Assembly (NCBI GenBank): GCA_039964305.1 | Contig: JBDVXS010000142.1 | Span: 89,666-153,665, forward strand | Direction of reading: 5' to 3' | From: Hyphomicrobiales bacterium | GTDB lineage: Bacteria > Pseudomonadota > Alphaproteobacteria > Rhizobiales > JACESI01 | DNA length: 64,000 bases | In this document: one piece after another, positions 1-9,947 of the stretch | Layout: the number at the start of each line of letters is the position of its first letter | Position numbering within the stretch: position 1 is the first letter of the stretch | Program-made: the position numbers and the translations under genes | The notes under the pieces: generated by a model | Seen by the model: the letters and a program-made list of their open reading frames with translations, nothing else | The model's database searches: none | Told to the model about the DNA's origin: nothing

Positions 1-483
1 ATAGTGCTTTGCGTTGATTGATAAAACAAACAGCGCATTTGGCTTTGCAAGGGTGAGCAATTCATCAAGCGCATCAGGCCCGACATGGCCATGGGTAAAA
101 GTGCCAGAACTTACGACGGCATCATAAAGCTCATCGGTGAGGCTGAGTGGCTTTGTGAGGTCAGCGACAATCGTTTTACGATAAAGCTCTTTGCTCTCAG
201 CAGCGCTCAGCATTTCCTGCGAGATATCGAGGGCGTCAAATTGAGTATTGGGGTGTTCTTTTAGGCATTCTACCAACAACCCTGTTCCTGCCCCGACATC
301 CAGCACAAGGCCGTGACCGCCAGATTGTGCGAATAGTCGAGCGACATGGTTGGGTAGTTGGTAACCCATAGTATCGGCAAATTCGCTGTCATAATTTACA
401 GCCCAATCGCGATAAAGCGCTATGTTATCTGCTGGTGTTTCTAGCGCATAAGCGGCATCAAGGTCTGGATTGTCTTCTGTCAT
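1..483 (-). CDS. class I SAM-dependent methyltransferase (3' end cut by window edge)
   Basis: Minus-strand frame is open from the ATG at 483..481 to position 1. It is absent from the ORF track because there is no stop in the window. My translation starts MTEDNPDLDAAYALE and contains the SAM-binding motif VLDVGAGTGLL. Confidence 0.7.
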   Translation of the reverse strand, partial: MTEDNPDLDAAYALETPADNIALYRDWAVNYDSEFADTMGYQLPNHVARLFAQSGGHGLVLDVGAGTGLLVECLKEHPNTQFDALDISQEMLSAAESKELYRKTIVADLTKPLSLTDELYDAVVSSGTFTHGHVGPDALDELLTLAKPNALFVLSINAKHY

Positions 484-611
484 AAGCTCTCCCCAAAGCG
501 TCTGTTAGGGAGACTAGCCGACTGCAATAGATGTTTAAATAGGCAAGCGGCAGGCTTTGCGGACAGTGGTAACTGACCGCATGCCTTCCAAGAGCATACT
601 TTGAGATAATG

Positions 612-2222
612 CTAGTGACCGCCGCTGAATTTGCCAGTCTGGATCGAATAATCAACCGCGACACCATAATCTGGATCATCATCAGCATCCACCATCAACT
701 GTCCTGCACGATTAAGCAGGCGGTGACAATCATGGGTCAAATGGCGCAGTTGAAGTTGCTTGCCTTGGTCTTCATATTTTGTGGCAAGATCTTCGATGGC
801 TTGAAGGGCTGATTGATCGACGACACGTGAATTCATGAAGTCGATAATCACGAGGTCTGGATCCGTATCAATTGCGAACAGTTCGGAAAAACCATCTGTT
901 GAGCCAAAGAATAGCGGGCCTTCCACACTGTATATTTTAGAGCCATCTTCTTGTCGTTCTGCATTGGCACGAATACGGGTGGCATTGTTCCATGCATAAG
1001 CAAGAGCGGAGACGATAACGCCAACAATCACGGCAATCGCCAAGTCGGTAAGGACTGTGACAACAGTAACCAAAATCATCACGAGCGCATCGGTTAGAGG
1101 GATGCGTTTCAAGATCAAAATACTCTGCCAAGCAAAGGTGCCAATCACCACCATAAACATAACGCCGACAAGCGCTGCGAGGGGGATTTGCTCGATAAGA
1201 CCTGAAGCAACCAGAATGAAGGCGAGCAAGAAGAGGGCAGCAACCACGCCAGACAATCGGGTGCGGCCACCTGATTTAACATTGATCATGGATTGGCCAA
1301 TCATGGCACAGCCACCCATGCCACCGAAAAAGCCTGTGATCGTGTTTGAGATGCCTTGCGCCACACATTCTTGCGATGCACCGCCACGTTTGCCCGTGAT
1401 TTCGCCAACAAGGTTGAGGGTCAAAAGGCTTTCAATTAGGCCAATAGCCGCGAGGATCATCGCATAAGGAATGATAATTTGTAACGTTTCAAGATTGATC
1501 GGCACGGTCGGAATATGGAACGTTGGCAAACCGCCTTTGATAGAGGCCAAATCGCCAACCCGCGGCACATCAAGACCAAAAGCAATCACGAGACCCGCAA
1601 CCACGGCAATACCTGCAAGGGGAGCTGGAATGATATTGGTGATTTTTGGAAGGCCCCAAATAATCAACATGGTAAGGGCAACAAGACCCAGCATCATCAT
1701 AAGCGGCCAGCCGGTCATCCAAACAAGTGCACCATCAGCGCCTGGCACTTTAAATTGGGTGAGCTGCGCCATGAAAATGACGATCGCTAGTCCGTTCACA
1801 AAGCCAAGCATAACAGGATGTGGCACCAGACGGATGAACTTGCCAAGCCTGAACAGCCCAAACAGAATTTGCAAAATGCCCATCAAGACGACCGTTGCAA
1901 ACAAATACTCAACGCCGTGGGTTGCAACCAAAGACACCATCACAACAGCAAGCGCACCTGTTGCGCCTGAAATCATACCCGGTCTGCCGCCAATGAGTGC
2001 TGTTACCAAACCAACGATAAAGGCTGCATAAAGCCCAACCAATGGGTGAACGCCTGCGACAAACGCAAAGGCCACCGCTTCTGGAACCAGCGCCAATGCG
2101 ACCGTTAGGCCGGACAGCAATTCTGTTTTTATACGCGAAGGGGTAAAGTCACCGGGATCACCGCCTGTCAATTCAGGTATGGTCAATTTGCTTGCAAAGG
2201 CAGCAAGGGTCGGTCGAAGCAT
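612..2222 (-). CDS. SulP family inorganic anion transporter with C-terminal STAS domain
   Basis: 536 aa. It has many hydrophobic helices followed by a soluble C-terminal domain ([11 protein letters not shown]...LRHLTHDC) typical of SulP/STAS. Confidence 0.88.
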   Translation of the reverse strand: MLRPTLAAFASKLTIPELTGGDPGDFTPSRIKTELLSGLTVALALVPEAVAFAFVAGVHPLVGLYAAFIVGLVTALIGGRPGMISGATGALAVVMVSLVATHGVEYLFATVVLMGILQILFGLFRLGKFIRLVPHPVMLGFVNGLAIVIFMAQLTQFKVPGADGALVWMTGWPLMMMLGLVALTMLIIWGLPKITNIIPAPLAGIAVVAGLVIAFGLDVPRVGDLASIKGGLPTFHIPTVPINLETLQIIIPYAMILAAIGLIESLLTLNLVGEITGKRGGASQECVAQGISNTITGFFGGMGGCAMIGQSMINVKSGGRTRLSGVVAALFLLAFILVASGLIEQIPLAALVGVMFMVVIGTFAWQSILILKRIPLTDALVMILVTVVTVLTDLAIAVIVGVIVSALAYAWNNATRIRANAERQEDGSKIYSVEGPLFFGSTDGFSELFAIDTDPDLVIIDFMNSRVVDQSALQAIEDLATKYEDQGKQLQLRHLTHDCHRLLNRAGQLMVDADDDPDYGVAVDYSIQTGKFSGGH

Positions 2223-2417
2223 AAAGCTATCCGATCTACAGCTAGATTGTAACTTGGTGGTGAATAAAACCGGGAGGTTTCACCTAACCCCTCAAATACA
2301 GATTTTTTGACAGCCCGCAAGGGTTTTAACTGATTTTGAGTGTTCATTCTGCTGTTTTCAGCATTGGATATATTGTGTATGCAGGGTTTAGGGTCCTGAC
2401 CTGAGCTGGAGCGTACC

Positions 2418-3068
2418 ATGACAGATACGAACTTAAGACAAGAATTGATCGATACCTGCCTTGCGATGAATGCCTCTGGCATTAATAGCGGCACGTCGGG
2501 AAACATCTCAGTGCGCACCAGTGAAGATCGCTTTCTCATCACGCCGTCTGGTTTGTCTTATGACACCATGACAACCGACCAAGTCGTCTCAATGAGCATC
2601 GATGGTTCGTTTGATGGGGCTTGGCAGCCATCAAGTGAATGGCGAATGCACGCTGACCTTTACCGTGCGCGGCCAGAAGCAGGCGCCGTGTTGCATTGTC
2701 ATGCACCGTTTGCAACCGCCATTTCCTGTATGCGCCACGATGTGCCCTCGTTCCATTACATGATTGCCATAACTGGCGCGTCGACAATCAAATGTGCCGA
2801 CTACGCGCTTTTCGGCACGCAAGAATTATCCAATGCCATGATTGAGGCCTTTGGGGAGGCGAACACATGCCTTCTTGCCAATCACGGTATGACGTGTTTT
2901 TCAAAAAATCTGACGTCTGTGTTGAAGCTTGGCATTGAGATTGAGAATATATGCCAACAATACCAGTTAGCTTGCACAATGGGAGAGCCTGTTCTCCTTA
3001 CTGATGCTGAGATGAACGAAGCGCATGCGGCCTTTGCAACTTATGGCAAGCAACCTTCTAAGGCTTAA
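2418..3068 (+). CDS. class II aldolase/adducin family protein (L-fuculose-phosphate aldolase-like; candidate 5-methylthioribulose-1-P aldolase or dehydratase)
   Basis: 216 aa with [10 protein letters not shown] and HCHAP motifs of class II aldolases. Its 3' end overlaps the convergent mtnA by 11 nt. Confidence 0.85.
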   Translation: MTDTNLRQELIDTCLAMNASGINSGTSGNISVRTSEDRFLITPSGLSYDTMTTDQVVSMSIDGSFDGAWQPSSEWRMHADLYRARPEAGAVLHCHAPFATAISCMRHDVPSFHYMIAITGASTIKCADYALFGTQELSNAMIEAFGEANTCLLANHGMTCFSKNLTSVLKLGIEIENICQQYQLACTMGEPVLLTDAEMNEAHAAFATYGKQPSKA

Positions 3069-4143
3069 GGTCAGCAAATAAGCTTTTTAAGCCCTCTTCG
3101 CTGGCGTCGCAAATGCCGCGTTCTGTTATCAAGCCTGTTACATATTTGGATGGCGTTACATCGAAGGCATAATTGCTGCACGGTGTGGTTTTGGGTGTGA
3201 TCAGTACTTCTTCGATCTTGCCTCTTAATAAGCCTTGAACATAAGCAACTTCGCGGCTGGAGCGCTGTTCGATCGGAATTTCCTTTAACCCGTCTCGTGT
3301 CCCCCAATCAATTGTCGGGGAAGGCAAGGCGACATAAAACGGAATATCATTGTCTCGGGCCGCGAGCGCCTTCAAATAGGTGCCAATTTTATTGCAGACG
3401 TCACCGGTTGCCGTCACCCGATCAGTGCCTGTGATGCACACATCAACAAGGCCATGTTGCATGAGGTGACCACCAGCATTGTCCACAATTAGTGAATGGG
3501 AAACGCCATGGCTACCAAGTTCCCAAGCGGTTAAATGTGCGCCTTGATTGCGCGGGCGGGTCTCATCAACCCAGACATGAACATCGATGCCAAGCTCATG
3601 GGCTTGATAGATTGGAGAGGTAGCCGTTCCCCAATCAACTGTTGCAATCCAACCAGCATTGCAGTGGGTGAGAATGTTGACGGGACCTGTCTTGTTCTCC
3701 GCGATTTGCTTAATGATCTCGAGACCATTTTCGCCGATCTTACGGTTGATCTCAACATCCTCATCGCAAATTTCACCAGCGCATTGAAACCCAACGGCTT
3801 CCCTGTCTGATGGTGCTAACATTTTAAGATGATCAGACATGCGGTCGATTGCCCAGCGTAAATTTATGGCCGTTGGGCGGGTCGCTGCAAGTGTTTCAGC
3901 GGCTTGTTCAAGATTGTTGTTTGACGGGTCATGGCGCATGGCAAGAGCAATGCCGTAGGCAGCTGTTGCACCGATTAAGGGAGCACCACGCACCAACATA
4001 TTTTTAATCGCATGGGCTGCATCATCCATGCTCTTAAGTTCAACTTTGTGAAATTCATGGGGTAATCGGGTTTGATCAATGATGATGACTTTGCCAGATT
4101 TATCTACCCAGATTGAGCGGTGAGGAATGCCATTTATTTTCAT
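3058..4143 (-). CDS. mtnA: S-methyl-5-thioribose-1-phosphate isomerase
   Basis: eIF-2B alpha/beta/delta-like sequence ([33 protein letters not shown]). I chose the internal start [10 protein letters not shown] at 4143, which lies 4 nt after the mtnK stop. The ORF track extends to 4188. Confidence 0.9.
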   Translation of the reverse strand: MKINGIPHRSIWVDKSGKVIIIDQTRLPHEFHKVELKSMDDAAHAIKNMLVRGAPLIGATAAYGIALAMRHDPSNNNLEQAAETLAATRPTAINLRWAIDRMSDHLKMLAPSDREAVGFQCAGEICDEDVEINRKIGENGLEIIKQIAENKTGPVNILTHCNAGWIATVDWGTATSPIYQAHELGIDVHVWVDETRPRNQGAHLTAWELGSHGVSHSLIVDNAGGHLMQHGLVDVCITGTDRVTATGDVCNKIGTYLKALAARDNDIPFYVALPSPTIDWGTRDGLKEIPIEQRSSREVAYVQGLLRGKIEEVLITPKTTPCSNYAFDVTPSKYVTGLITERGICDASEEGLKSLFADLKP

Positions 4144-4147
4144 GGAT

Positions 4148-5416
4148 TTACCTTTGATTGATCGCCCTTGCCATGCGCACCACGTCATTAAAATCCGAAA
4201 GACTTTTCCGGTCCGTAATCATGATGCGCCCAAGGGCGAGTGCTTTTCGTTCGCAGTCGGCGCGAAGATTTTCATCTTGAATTGTTTCTAGGTCTTCCAC
4301 ATGGGCAATACCTAAAATGCGCCGCACCATTTTTGCACCCCCAAAGCCGATGCTATCTTCCATGACATCACGCAAGTACCGGCTTAAAGCCTGTTCATTT
4401 GCGCTATCATCGTCAGGAGAAAGCAAGGTTTCAGGATAAAGCGCGCCTGTGCGTTGATCGCGCCATTTTTGCGAGAATGTTTCTTCAAACACAGCATAGG
4501 TTTGAAGAAGTGTTTCCAAAATCCATTCTGCATAGTCTTCGCGGTTGTCTTTGCTGGTTGCGTGGCCTGCTTGCGAGAAATAGGCAAGCAATAGGTTCGC
4601 CATAAGAGCGCCAATGTCAAAACCCATTGGGCCGTAGAACGCAAATTCAGGATCAATCACCCGCGTATCATCATCTGTTACCATAATGGATCCAGAATGA
4701 AGGTCGCCATGTAGCAATGTTTGTGACTTTGTCATAAACAATGATTTGAGTTCTTGGACGGCAATTTTCAAGCCTATATCTTGGCGAATGTCGCGTGCGA
4801 CCTCATCAAGTTGTGGGCTGGTATGTCGGTTGAGTTCGGCCTCAAAATACGGATCGTCAAAGATGACTTGCTCAGTTAACCCGCACATGACGTGATTTTC
4901 AGAAAACATCGCTACGTTGAGTTTTTTCGTCTCAGCGTCGAGGCAAAGGTCTGAATAATCAAACAAAGTGGCGGCCATGAACTGGCCAGCGTGATCGGCT
5001 AAATGTGGGTAACGAATGCCTTGAATAAAGCCTTTGCGCAAAATGATGTGAGGCGTGAGATGCTCCATCACAATCAGTGCCATTTCATGATCATATAAAA
5101 TGATTTCGGGCACAAATTGCGAGGCAACATCTGCTTCACGTTTCAACGCTTGATATTCAAAATAAGCGCGCGATAAGGGCAATGGCCAACTTTCACCAAC
5201 CAACCGCACATAGGGTAGTGCTTGTTTGGCAATGACGGATTTATCGCCATTTTTGACGATGAAAACTAAGTTGAGGTTGCCATCACCAACTTCTTCCGCG
5301 CTCCAACTTTCCGCAGAACCACCAAGCAAAGCGCTGACTTTATCATTTTGACCGAGATAAGCCGCGACGGTTTCTGTCGTCAGTGCGGTGTAATTTTCGG
5401 GTGCTTGGTAGGCCAT
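4148..5416 (-). CDS. mtnK: 5-methylthioribose kinase
   Basis: 422 aa with an APH-like kinase fold and the [13 protein letters not shown] catalytic loop. It lies directly upstream of mtnA. Confidence 0.9.
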   Translation of the reverse strand: MAYQAPENYTALTTETVAAYLGQNDKVSALLGGSAESWSAEEVGDGNLNLVFIVKNGDKSVIAKQALPYVRLVGESWPLPLSRAYFEYQALKREADVASQFVPEIILYDHEMALIVMEHLTPHIILRKGFIQGIRYPHLADHAGQFMAATLFDYSDLCLDAETKKLNVAMFSENHVMCGLTEQVIFDDPYFEAELNRHTSPQLDEVARDIRQDIGLKIAVQELKSLFMTKSQTLLHGDLHSGSIMVTDDDTRVIDPEFAFYGPMGFDIGALMANLLLAYFSQAGHATSKDNREDYAEWILETLLQTYAVFEETFSQKWRDQRTGALYPETLLSPDDDSANEQALSRYLRDVMEDSIGFGGAKMVRRILGIAHVEDLETIQDENLRADCERKALALGRIMITDRKSLSDFNDVVRMARAINQR

Positions 5417-5615
5417 TTTTCCAGTTCCGCCATTTCAAAATTTCGAGGCTAACCAACAATGGCAGCTTTTAATTGAGCAGGTTACATGATAATTGTGTTC
5501 TGACATCGAGTATCTGACTTTTTTACACTTTTTAGTTTATTGACCTCATTCACTGGTCGGGGCACTCTTTAACAGAATATTAGTTCAACATGGAAATTTT
5601 GGAGACATTCACACC

Positions 5616-6110
5616 ATGACATTCTCTTTGAAATCAATCGGGCTTGGCGCGGTTGTCGCAACAGGTTTTGCGCTTGGTATGACTAGCGGTGCTGCGGCCG
5701 CTGACGCTGTTGCAGGCGAAAAAATCTTTAAACGCTGTAAGGCTTGCCACGTTGTTGGTCCTGACGCCAAAAACAAAAATGGCCCTCAGTTAAACGGTAT
5801 TGTCGGTCGTATGGCTGGTATTTCTGATGGTTTTAAATACGGCTCTGGCATCATCGAAGCGCGTGGCGAAGTGGGTGAGGATGCTGATGGCGACGGGTAT
5901 CTTGATGTGCCAGAAGGCTCAACAGGTCTGGTTTGGACGGAGGAAGCTCTTCTTGAGTACCTTTTAAATCCGAAAAAATACCTGATTAAAGTAACGGGTA
6001 ATGACAAAGCCAAAGCACGTATGGCGCTTCGTCTTAAAAAAGAAGACCAGCGAGCTAATGTGATTGCTTACTTGAAGACATTTGGTCTTGATGGAAGCCC
6101 TGCTGAATAG
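5616..6110 (+). CDS. c-type cytochrome (cytochrome c2/c550-like, exported)
   Basis: 164 aa with a signal peptide and the haem-binding motif CKACH. It has an acidic insertion (EVGEDADGDGYLDVPEG) before the Met-ligand region. Confidence 0.8.
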   Translation: MTFSLKSIGLGAVVATGFALGMTSGAAAADAVAGEKIFKRCKACHVVGPDAKNKNGPQLNGIVGRMAGISDGFKYGSGIIEARGEVGEDADGDGYLDVPEGSTGLVWTEEALLEYLLNPKKYLIKVTGNDKAKARMALRLKKEDQRANVIAYLKTFGLDGSPAE

Positions 6111-6140
6111 TCTAACCATTTCAATTTTGACATTCTAAAA

Positions 6141-6175
6141 GGTCGCGAGAGTTCTCGCGGCCTTTTTCTTTTTGG
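6141..6175. terminator. bidirectional intrinsic terminator between convergent genes
   Basis: GGTCGCGAGAGTTCTCGCGGCC hairpin flanked by AAAA on the left and TTTTTCTTTTT on the right. Confidence 0.7.
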
Positions 6176-6181
6176 GTTTCG

Positions 6182-6859
6182 TTAGTTGCCCACAGGTCGC
6201 TTGGAGCCTGAAACCATCTTATATATATGCACCATAAAAGCGGTCGCAAAGAGTGGTGTTAGTAGGTTTAAAAATGGGACGGCAAGAAAGCCCGCGATAA
6301 TGAGGCCTGAAAAAAACACAGTTGTTGAGTGCTTGCGACGAAGTGCCCGTGCATCGTTTGTCGGCATAAAACGCATGGCCACCATCTCGAAATATTCACG
6401 GCCCAGCAAATATCCATTGGCAATGAAGAACACTGGAAGGCCAAGGCCAAACACGAAGACCAATAAGAGTGCGACCAAGTTCACCGCAACGACTAAGGCG
6501 ACGAATTGAATGGTTAGACCAAGTGACTTGAGCAGGGGCATTGGTGTGCCTTGCTCGTCTTGCGGGTAGTGTTGCCATTCAACTTTTTCGGCAATTTCAT
6601 CCAAGAAGATACCGGCGAACAAAGAGGTTACAGGGGCGATAAAGAATCCTAGCCCAACCAACAGACCAGCCCCCGCAGCCCATGCAATCGCCGTCTCTAG
6701 CCAAGGGTAGGGAATAACGAGGAAAAAGGTCAGTGCCGCTTGAACGCCAACCCATAAAAGCATCAGCATAAGAAGGGTAAGGCCGAGAGCTTTCCAAAAC
6801 ACCGTTCTGAACGGTTTTGAGAAAATTTGATTAAATGCAAGCGTGGCGGCGTGAAACAT
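6182..6859 (-). CDS. EI24/CysZ-like (DUF540) integral membrane protein
   Basis: Hydrophobic protein starting MFHAATLAFNQIFSKPF. I chose the internal ATG at 6859. The track ORF extends to 7033, but that extension overlaps the divergent kinase gene. Confidence 0.6.
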   Translation of the reverse strand: MFHAATLAFNQIFSKPFRTVFWKALGLTLLMLMLLWVGVQAALTFFLVIPYPWLETAIAWAAGAGLLVGLGFFIAPVTSLFAGIFLDEIAEKVEWQHYPQDEQGTPMPLLKSLGLTIQFVALVVAVNLVALLLVFVFGLGLPVFFIANGYLLGREYFEMVAMRFMPTNDARALRRKHSTTVFFSGLIIAGFLAVPFLNLLTPLFATAFMVHIYKMVSGSKRPVGN

Positions 6860-6972
6860 GTAGGCCTTTTCCCTGTTTTTGGTATTGCGTGCTTGAAGTA
6901 AGTCTCTATTTGTGTTTGTGCAAGCATGCAGTGTGATAATTGTGATGTTGCCAATGATGAAGTGGACCGAAA

Positions 6973-7974
6973 ATGACTGACAAAAAGTTTGATGTTCTGG
7001 GTATAGGGAACGCAATTGTGGATGTTCTGGCAAAGGTTGATGAGAGTTTTCTCGCCACCCATGAACTCGACAAGGGAGCGATGATGCTGATTGATGCAGA
7101 ACGGGCTCTTTATCTCAGCGGCAATATTGAAGATGCGCAGGTGCGTTCTGGTGGCTCTGCCGGCAACACCATTGCAGGCCTTGCAGAACTTGGCGCTTCA
7201 ACAGCCTTCTTCGGCAAACTTGCTGATGATGAAATGGGCAAACAATACCGCGCTGATATGGTCGATGCGGGTGTGCATTTCCCAACGGAGACATTGGCCG
7301 AGCAAGCACCAACAGCGCGTTCCATTATTGTGATCACGCCAGATGGTGAGCGCACAATGAATACCTATCTCGGTGCCTGTACAGAAATTGGCCCTGAAGA
7401 TATGGACAAAGATGTGGTTGAGGCCTCGCAGGTTATCTATTTCGAAGGCTATCTCTGGGACCCACCGCGGGCAAAAGACGCCTTGCGTGCTGCCGCTGAA
7501 GTGGCGCACAAAGCGGGCAACAAAGTAGCCCTTACTTTGTCTGATGCCTTCTGCGTTGACCGTTACCGCGATGAATTCCGCGAGCTCATTCAAAACGGCA
7601 CAGTGGACATTTTGTTGGCCAATGATGCCGAGTTGTTATCGCTTTATGAGTCTGATGATTTTGATGCCTGTGTTAAAAAGCTAAGCACTGAAGTTGGTTT
7701 GGCCGCGATTACCAAAGGCGAAAAAGGTGCCGTTGTCGTCACGAAAGACGAAACGGTTTCTTGCGATCCATTCCCTGTTTCTAATGTTGTTGACACAACA
7801 GGTGCTGGCGACATGTTCGCGGCGGGATTCTTGTTCGGCCTTAGCCGTCATTACGCGCTCAAAGACGCAGGCCGCTTAGGCTGTCTTTTGGCGTCTAACA
7901 TCATTCAAGTTGTTGGCCCAAGACTGGACGGCGGTTTGAAAGAGATTGCGGAAAAAGAAGGCTTTAGCCTCTAA
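6973..7974 (+). CDS. PfkB family carbohydrate/nucleoside kinase (adenosine kinase-like)
   Basis: 333 aa with the PfkB signature DTTGAGDMFAAGF near the C-terminus. Confidence 0.8.
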   Translation: MTDKKFDVLGIGNAIVDVLAKVDESFLATHELDKGAMMLIDAERALYLSGNIEDAQVRSGGSAGNTIAGLAELGASTAFFGKLADDEMGKQYRADMVDAGVHFPTETLAEQAPTARSIIVITPDGERTMNTYLGACTEIGPEDMDKDVVEASQVIYFEGYLWDPPRAKDALRAAAEVAHKAGNKVALTLSDAFCVDRYRDEFRELIQNGTVDILLANDAELLSLYESDDFDACVKKLSTEVGLAAITKGEKGAVVVTKDETVSCDPFPVSNVVDTTGAGDMFAAGFLFGLSRHYALKDAGRLGCLLASNIIQVVGPRLDGGLKEIAEKEGFSL

Positions 7975-8000
7975 ACATCTTTCCGCTCTTAAGTGGTTTA

Positions 8001-8040
8001 AAATAGCGCTCTTCTGATTATCAGGGGAGCGCTATTTTGT
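8001..8040. terminator. bidirectional intrinsic terminator
   Basis: AAATAGCGCTC...GAGCGCTATTT inverted repeat followed by TTTGT. It overlaps the stop of the convergent hydrolase gene. Confidence 0.6.
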
Positions 8041-8856
8041 TTCAAAAATGGTTTGCAAGAGAGGTGAGTGCGTGTCGCATAACCCGTCAATTACATTGAA
8101 ATGATGTTTGTCTGGTTCTTCAATCGCTGCTGTTGCAAGCCCAAGGCCGCGCCACATACTCGCCAGCAGTGCATTTTGCCGTAGAAATTCTGATCGTTCA
8201 TTCGCCCCAACCCAACAGGTGACGGGGGTATCAATGAGAGGGTGGAGCAGGGCGGGGCTTTCGGTTTGAGCCTCTGATAAATCCAGCCCGATCCCCTTGT
8301 TGAGATCGCTTTTGAGAAGGGGCCTTAAGTCATGCACCCCAGAAATTGAGACAACATGCTCGATACGTTGGAGCGTTGCTTCTTCTAGTTTAGATCCTTG
8401 TGAAATCAGCCGCGTTACCAAATGTCCGCCTGCTGAATGGCCCGTAAGAATAATGGGGCCCTCGACCTTGCTTGCCGCATGTGACACAGCCCGTGCGGCA
8501 CTTTTTGAAATATCTTGAACACGCACTTCAGGACAAAGCGGATAAGTTGGAATGACGACGCTATAGCCGCGTTCAAGCGCTCCTTTTGCAAGGTGCGACC
8601 AGTAAGATTTATCAAGCCTTAGCCAAAAGCCGCCATGAATGAAAGCGAGCAGCCCCTTGCTCTCTCCCTCAGGTGAAAACAAATCATAGGTTTCGCGTTC
8701 ATGCTCACCATAGGAAATATCCGCTTCCACATGTGGCCAGTTGGTGCGGAAGGATTTGGCAGGGTCAACCCATGCTTCAGGCCAGGCATCACCGTTTGGA
8801 ATGTTGGGAGCGTTGGCATAGGCATCGGTGAAATCTGTGATTTTAAAGTGCGGCAT
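8032..8856 (-). CDS. alpha/beta hydrolase (arylformamidase/esterase-like)
   Basis: 274 aa with the oxyanion motif HGGFW and the nucleophile elbow GHSAGG. It is the last gene of the boxC-led gene string. Confidence 0.72.
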   Translation of the reverse strand: MPHFKITDFTDAYANAPNIPNGDAWPEAWVDPAKSFRTNWPHVEADISYGEHERETYDLFSPEGESKGLLAFIHGGFWLRLDKSYWSHLAKGALERGYSVVIPTYPLCPEVRVQDISKSAARAVSHAASKVEGPIILTGHSAGGHLVTRLISQGSKLEEATLQRIEHVVSISGVHDLRPLLKSDLNKGIGLDLSEAQTESPALLHPLIDTPVTCWVGANERSEFLRQNALLASMWRGLGLATAAIEEPDKHHFNVIDGLCDTHSPLLQTIFETK

Positions 8857-8870
8857 GGTGAGGCTCGAGA

Positions 8871-9947
8871 TTAAAGAGAGTGTTGACGAGCATAAGCGTA
8901 AATCCCACCATGTGGAAAGTGAAGTGCTTGTATAGATAAATAGTCAAGCTGCGAAGCTGTTGCGACAATGCCCTTTTCCAATAGGGGCGTGGCTTCATCA
9001 ATCAGTGCTGCAACCACACGCGAGACGATTTCTTGATCGGTGATTTGCCGCCGTTCGATCTTAGCAAAACGGGCTTCTTCAACGATCAAATCTTCAAGCA
9101 ACGGATCAATCACCGCACCGCCGCCGCCAGGGTAGCGATACCAACCAACCCCAACTTTCTTGCCCAAGCGCCCTTCTTGCACCATGCGGTCAGAAATGAT
9201 GCATGATTGGTAAGGGTGCAACGTCTGACCTCTAAGCTGTTTGCGCTCATAGTAAGGGCCGTCCAGGCCGCTCAAATCTTGCGCTTCAAAAGGGCCGATT
9301 TTAAAGCCAAAGGCAGCAAGCGCCTCGTCGATCTCATAAGGCAGCGCGCCTTCAAGCAAGAGAACGTCGAGTGTCTCGTAAAGCTTGGTTGATAAACGGC
9401 TTGAAACAAAGTGGCCTTCAACTCTCGTGCTAACCACCTTCTTTCCTAGGGAGTGCCAAAACGCCGAAAACACGTCGTTATCCGTGTTTTCAAATGCTGC
9501 GCACTCGACAAGCTTTGCAAGGTGAGGCGGACCAGAAATATGGAATTGATGAACGTGGGGGAAGTCTGCCGTTTGATGTTCAGCTATCTGAGGATCAGGC
9601 ATTGATGTTTGAAAGGCGACGAATGCGTGTGGGTTTAAGTGGTTTGAAAGTTGATTGAGGGTTTGGAAGCGTCCCTTTAAATTCGTGTCACCCGCATCAA
9701 TCAAAACATCAAACCGACCGCTTAGGCTTTTAAGGGGCAGGGCTGTTGGTTTGTTTTCGTCTGCGGCCCAGACTGGCTGTCCGTCATAAAGACGTTTGAG
9801 AAAATCAGTGCTGCGCAAAACACCGCTTTCGTCTTCTTCCAGTAAAATGGTTTCAAACCCATAATGGGCCAGCAAAGCCGCATGGGATAACGACGCGGAG
9901 CTTTCACCAGTAACAAGGGTGCGTCTTGTTGGTGACGTGTTTGGCAT
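8871..9947 (-). CDS. 3-hydroxyacyl-CoA dehydrogenase family protein with atypical N-terminus
   Basis: 358 aa. The C-terminal HADH-type helical domain is recognisable (GFKIGPFEAQDLSGLD, GRLGKKVGVGWYRY). The N-terminal dinucleotide motif is degenerate (LVTGESSASLS). Its start overlaps the boxR stop (TAATG). Confidence 0.7.
   Translation of the reverse strand: MPNTSPTRRTLVTGESSASLSHAALLAHYGFETILLEEDESGVLRSTDFLKRLYDGQPVWAADENKPTALPLKSLSGRFDVLIDAGDTNLKGRFQTLNQLSNHLNPHAFVAFQTSMPDPQIAEHQTADFPHVHQFHISGPPHLAKLVECAAFENTDNDVFSAFWHSLGKKVVSTRVEGHFVSSRLSTKLYETLDVLLLEGALPYEIDEALAAFGFKIGPFEAQDLSGLDGPYYERKQLRGQTLHPYQSCIISDRMVQEGRLGKKVGVGWYRYPGGGGAVIDPLLEDLIVEEARFAKIERRQITDQEIVSRVVAALIDEATPLLEKGIVATASQLDYLSIQALHFPHGGIYAYARQHSL

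Noticed and set aside
1471-2031. Long antisense ORFs inside clearly recognisable genes. Examples: 1471..2031 opposite SulP, 12692..13153 opposite boxB, 27526..28137 opposite glcB, 34776..35324 opposite phaZ, 47938..48426 opposite the M17 peptidase, 59611..60069 opposite the PG-binding protein and 40579..40995 opposite cpaD.
   Set aside because: Each lies wholly within a gene whose product has strong family motifs on the other strand. Their translations are low-complexity or Arg/Ser/Pro-rich, as expected for antisense frames, and none has recognisable motifs or its own SD.
5417-5500. Possible SAM-II/SAM-V riboswitch upstream of mtnK (the minus strand contains AAAAGCTG).
   Set aside because: Only the short AAAGCUG-like element is present. 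The upstream pairing partner and U-rich loop of the pseudoknot are not evident, and the element is about 55 nt from the start codon rather than sequestering the SD.
5540-5553. FNR/FixK-like box TTGACCTCATTCAC upstream of the cytochrome c gene.
   Set aside because: It matches only one good half-site (TTGA) of TTGAT-N4-ATCAA. The second half is TTCAC. This is too weak to call without a PWM score or conservation data.
6860-7033. N-terminal extensions proposed by the ORF track. Examples: 6182..7033, 3058..4188, 13220..13678, 16226..17860, 19615..20451, 26944..29190 and 49189..50229.
   Set aside because: The extended parts overlap neighbouring genes or read through intergenic regions. Internal starts coincide with SD sequences, with stop/start coupling to the upstream gene, and with the N-termini expected for the protein families.
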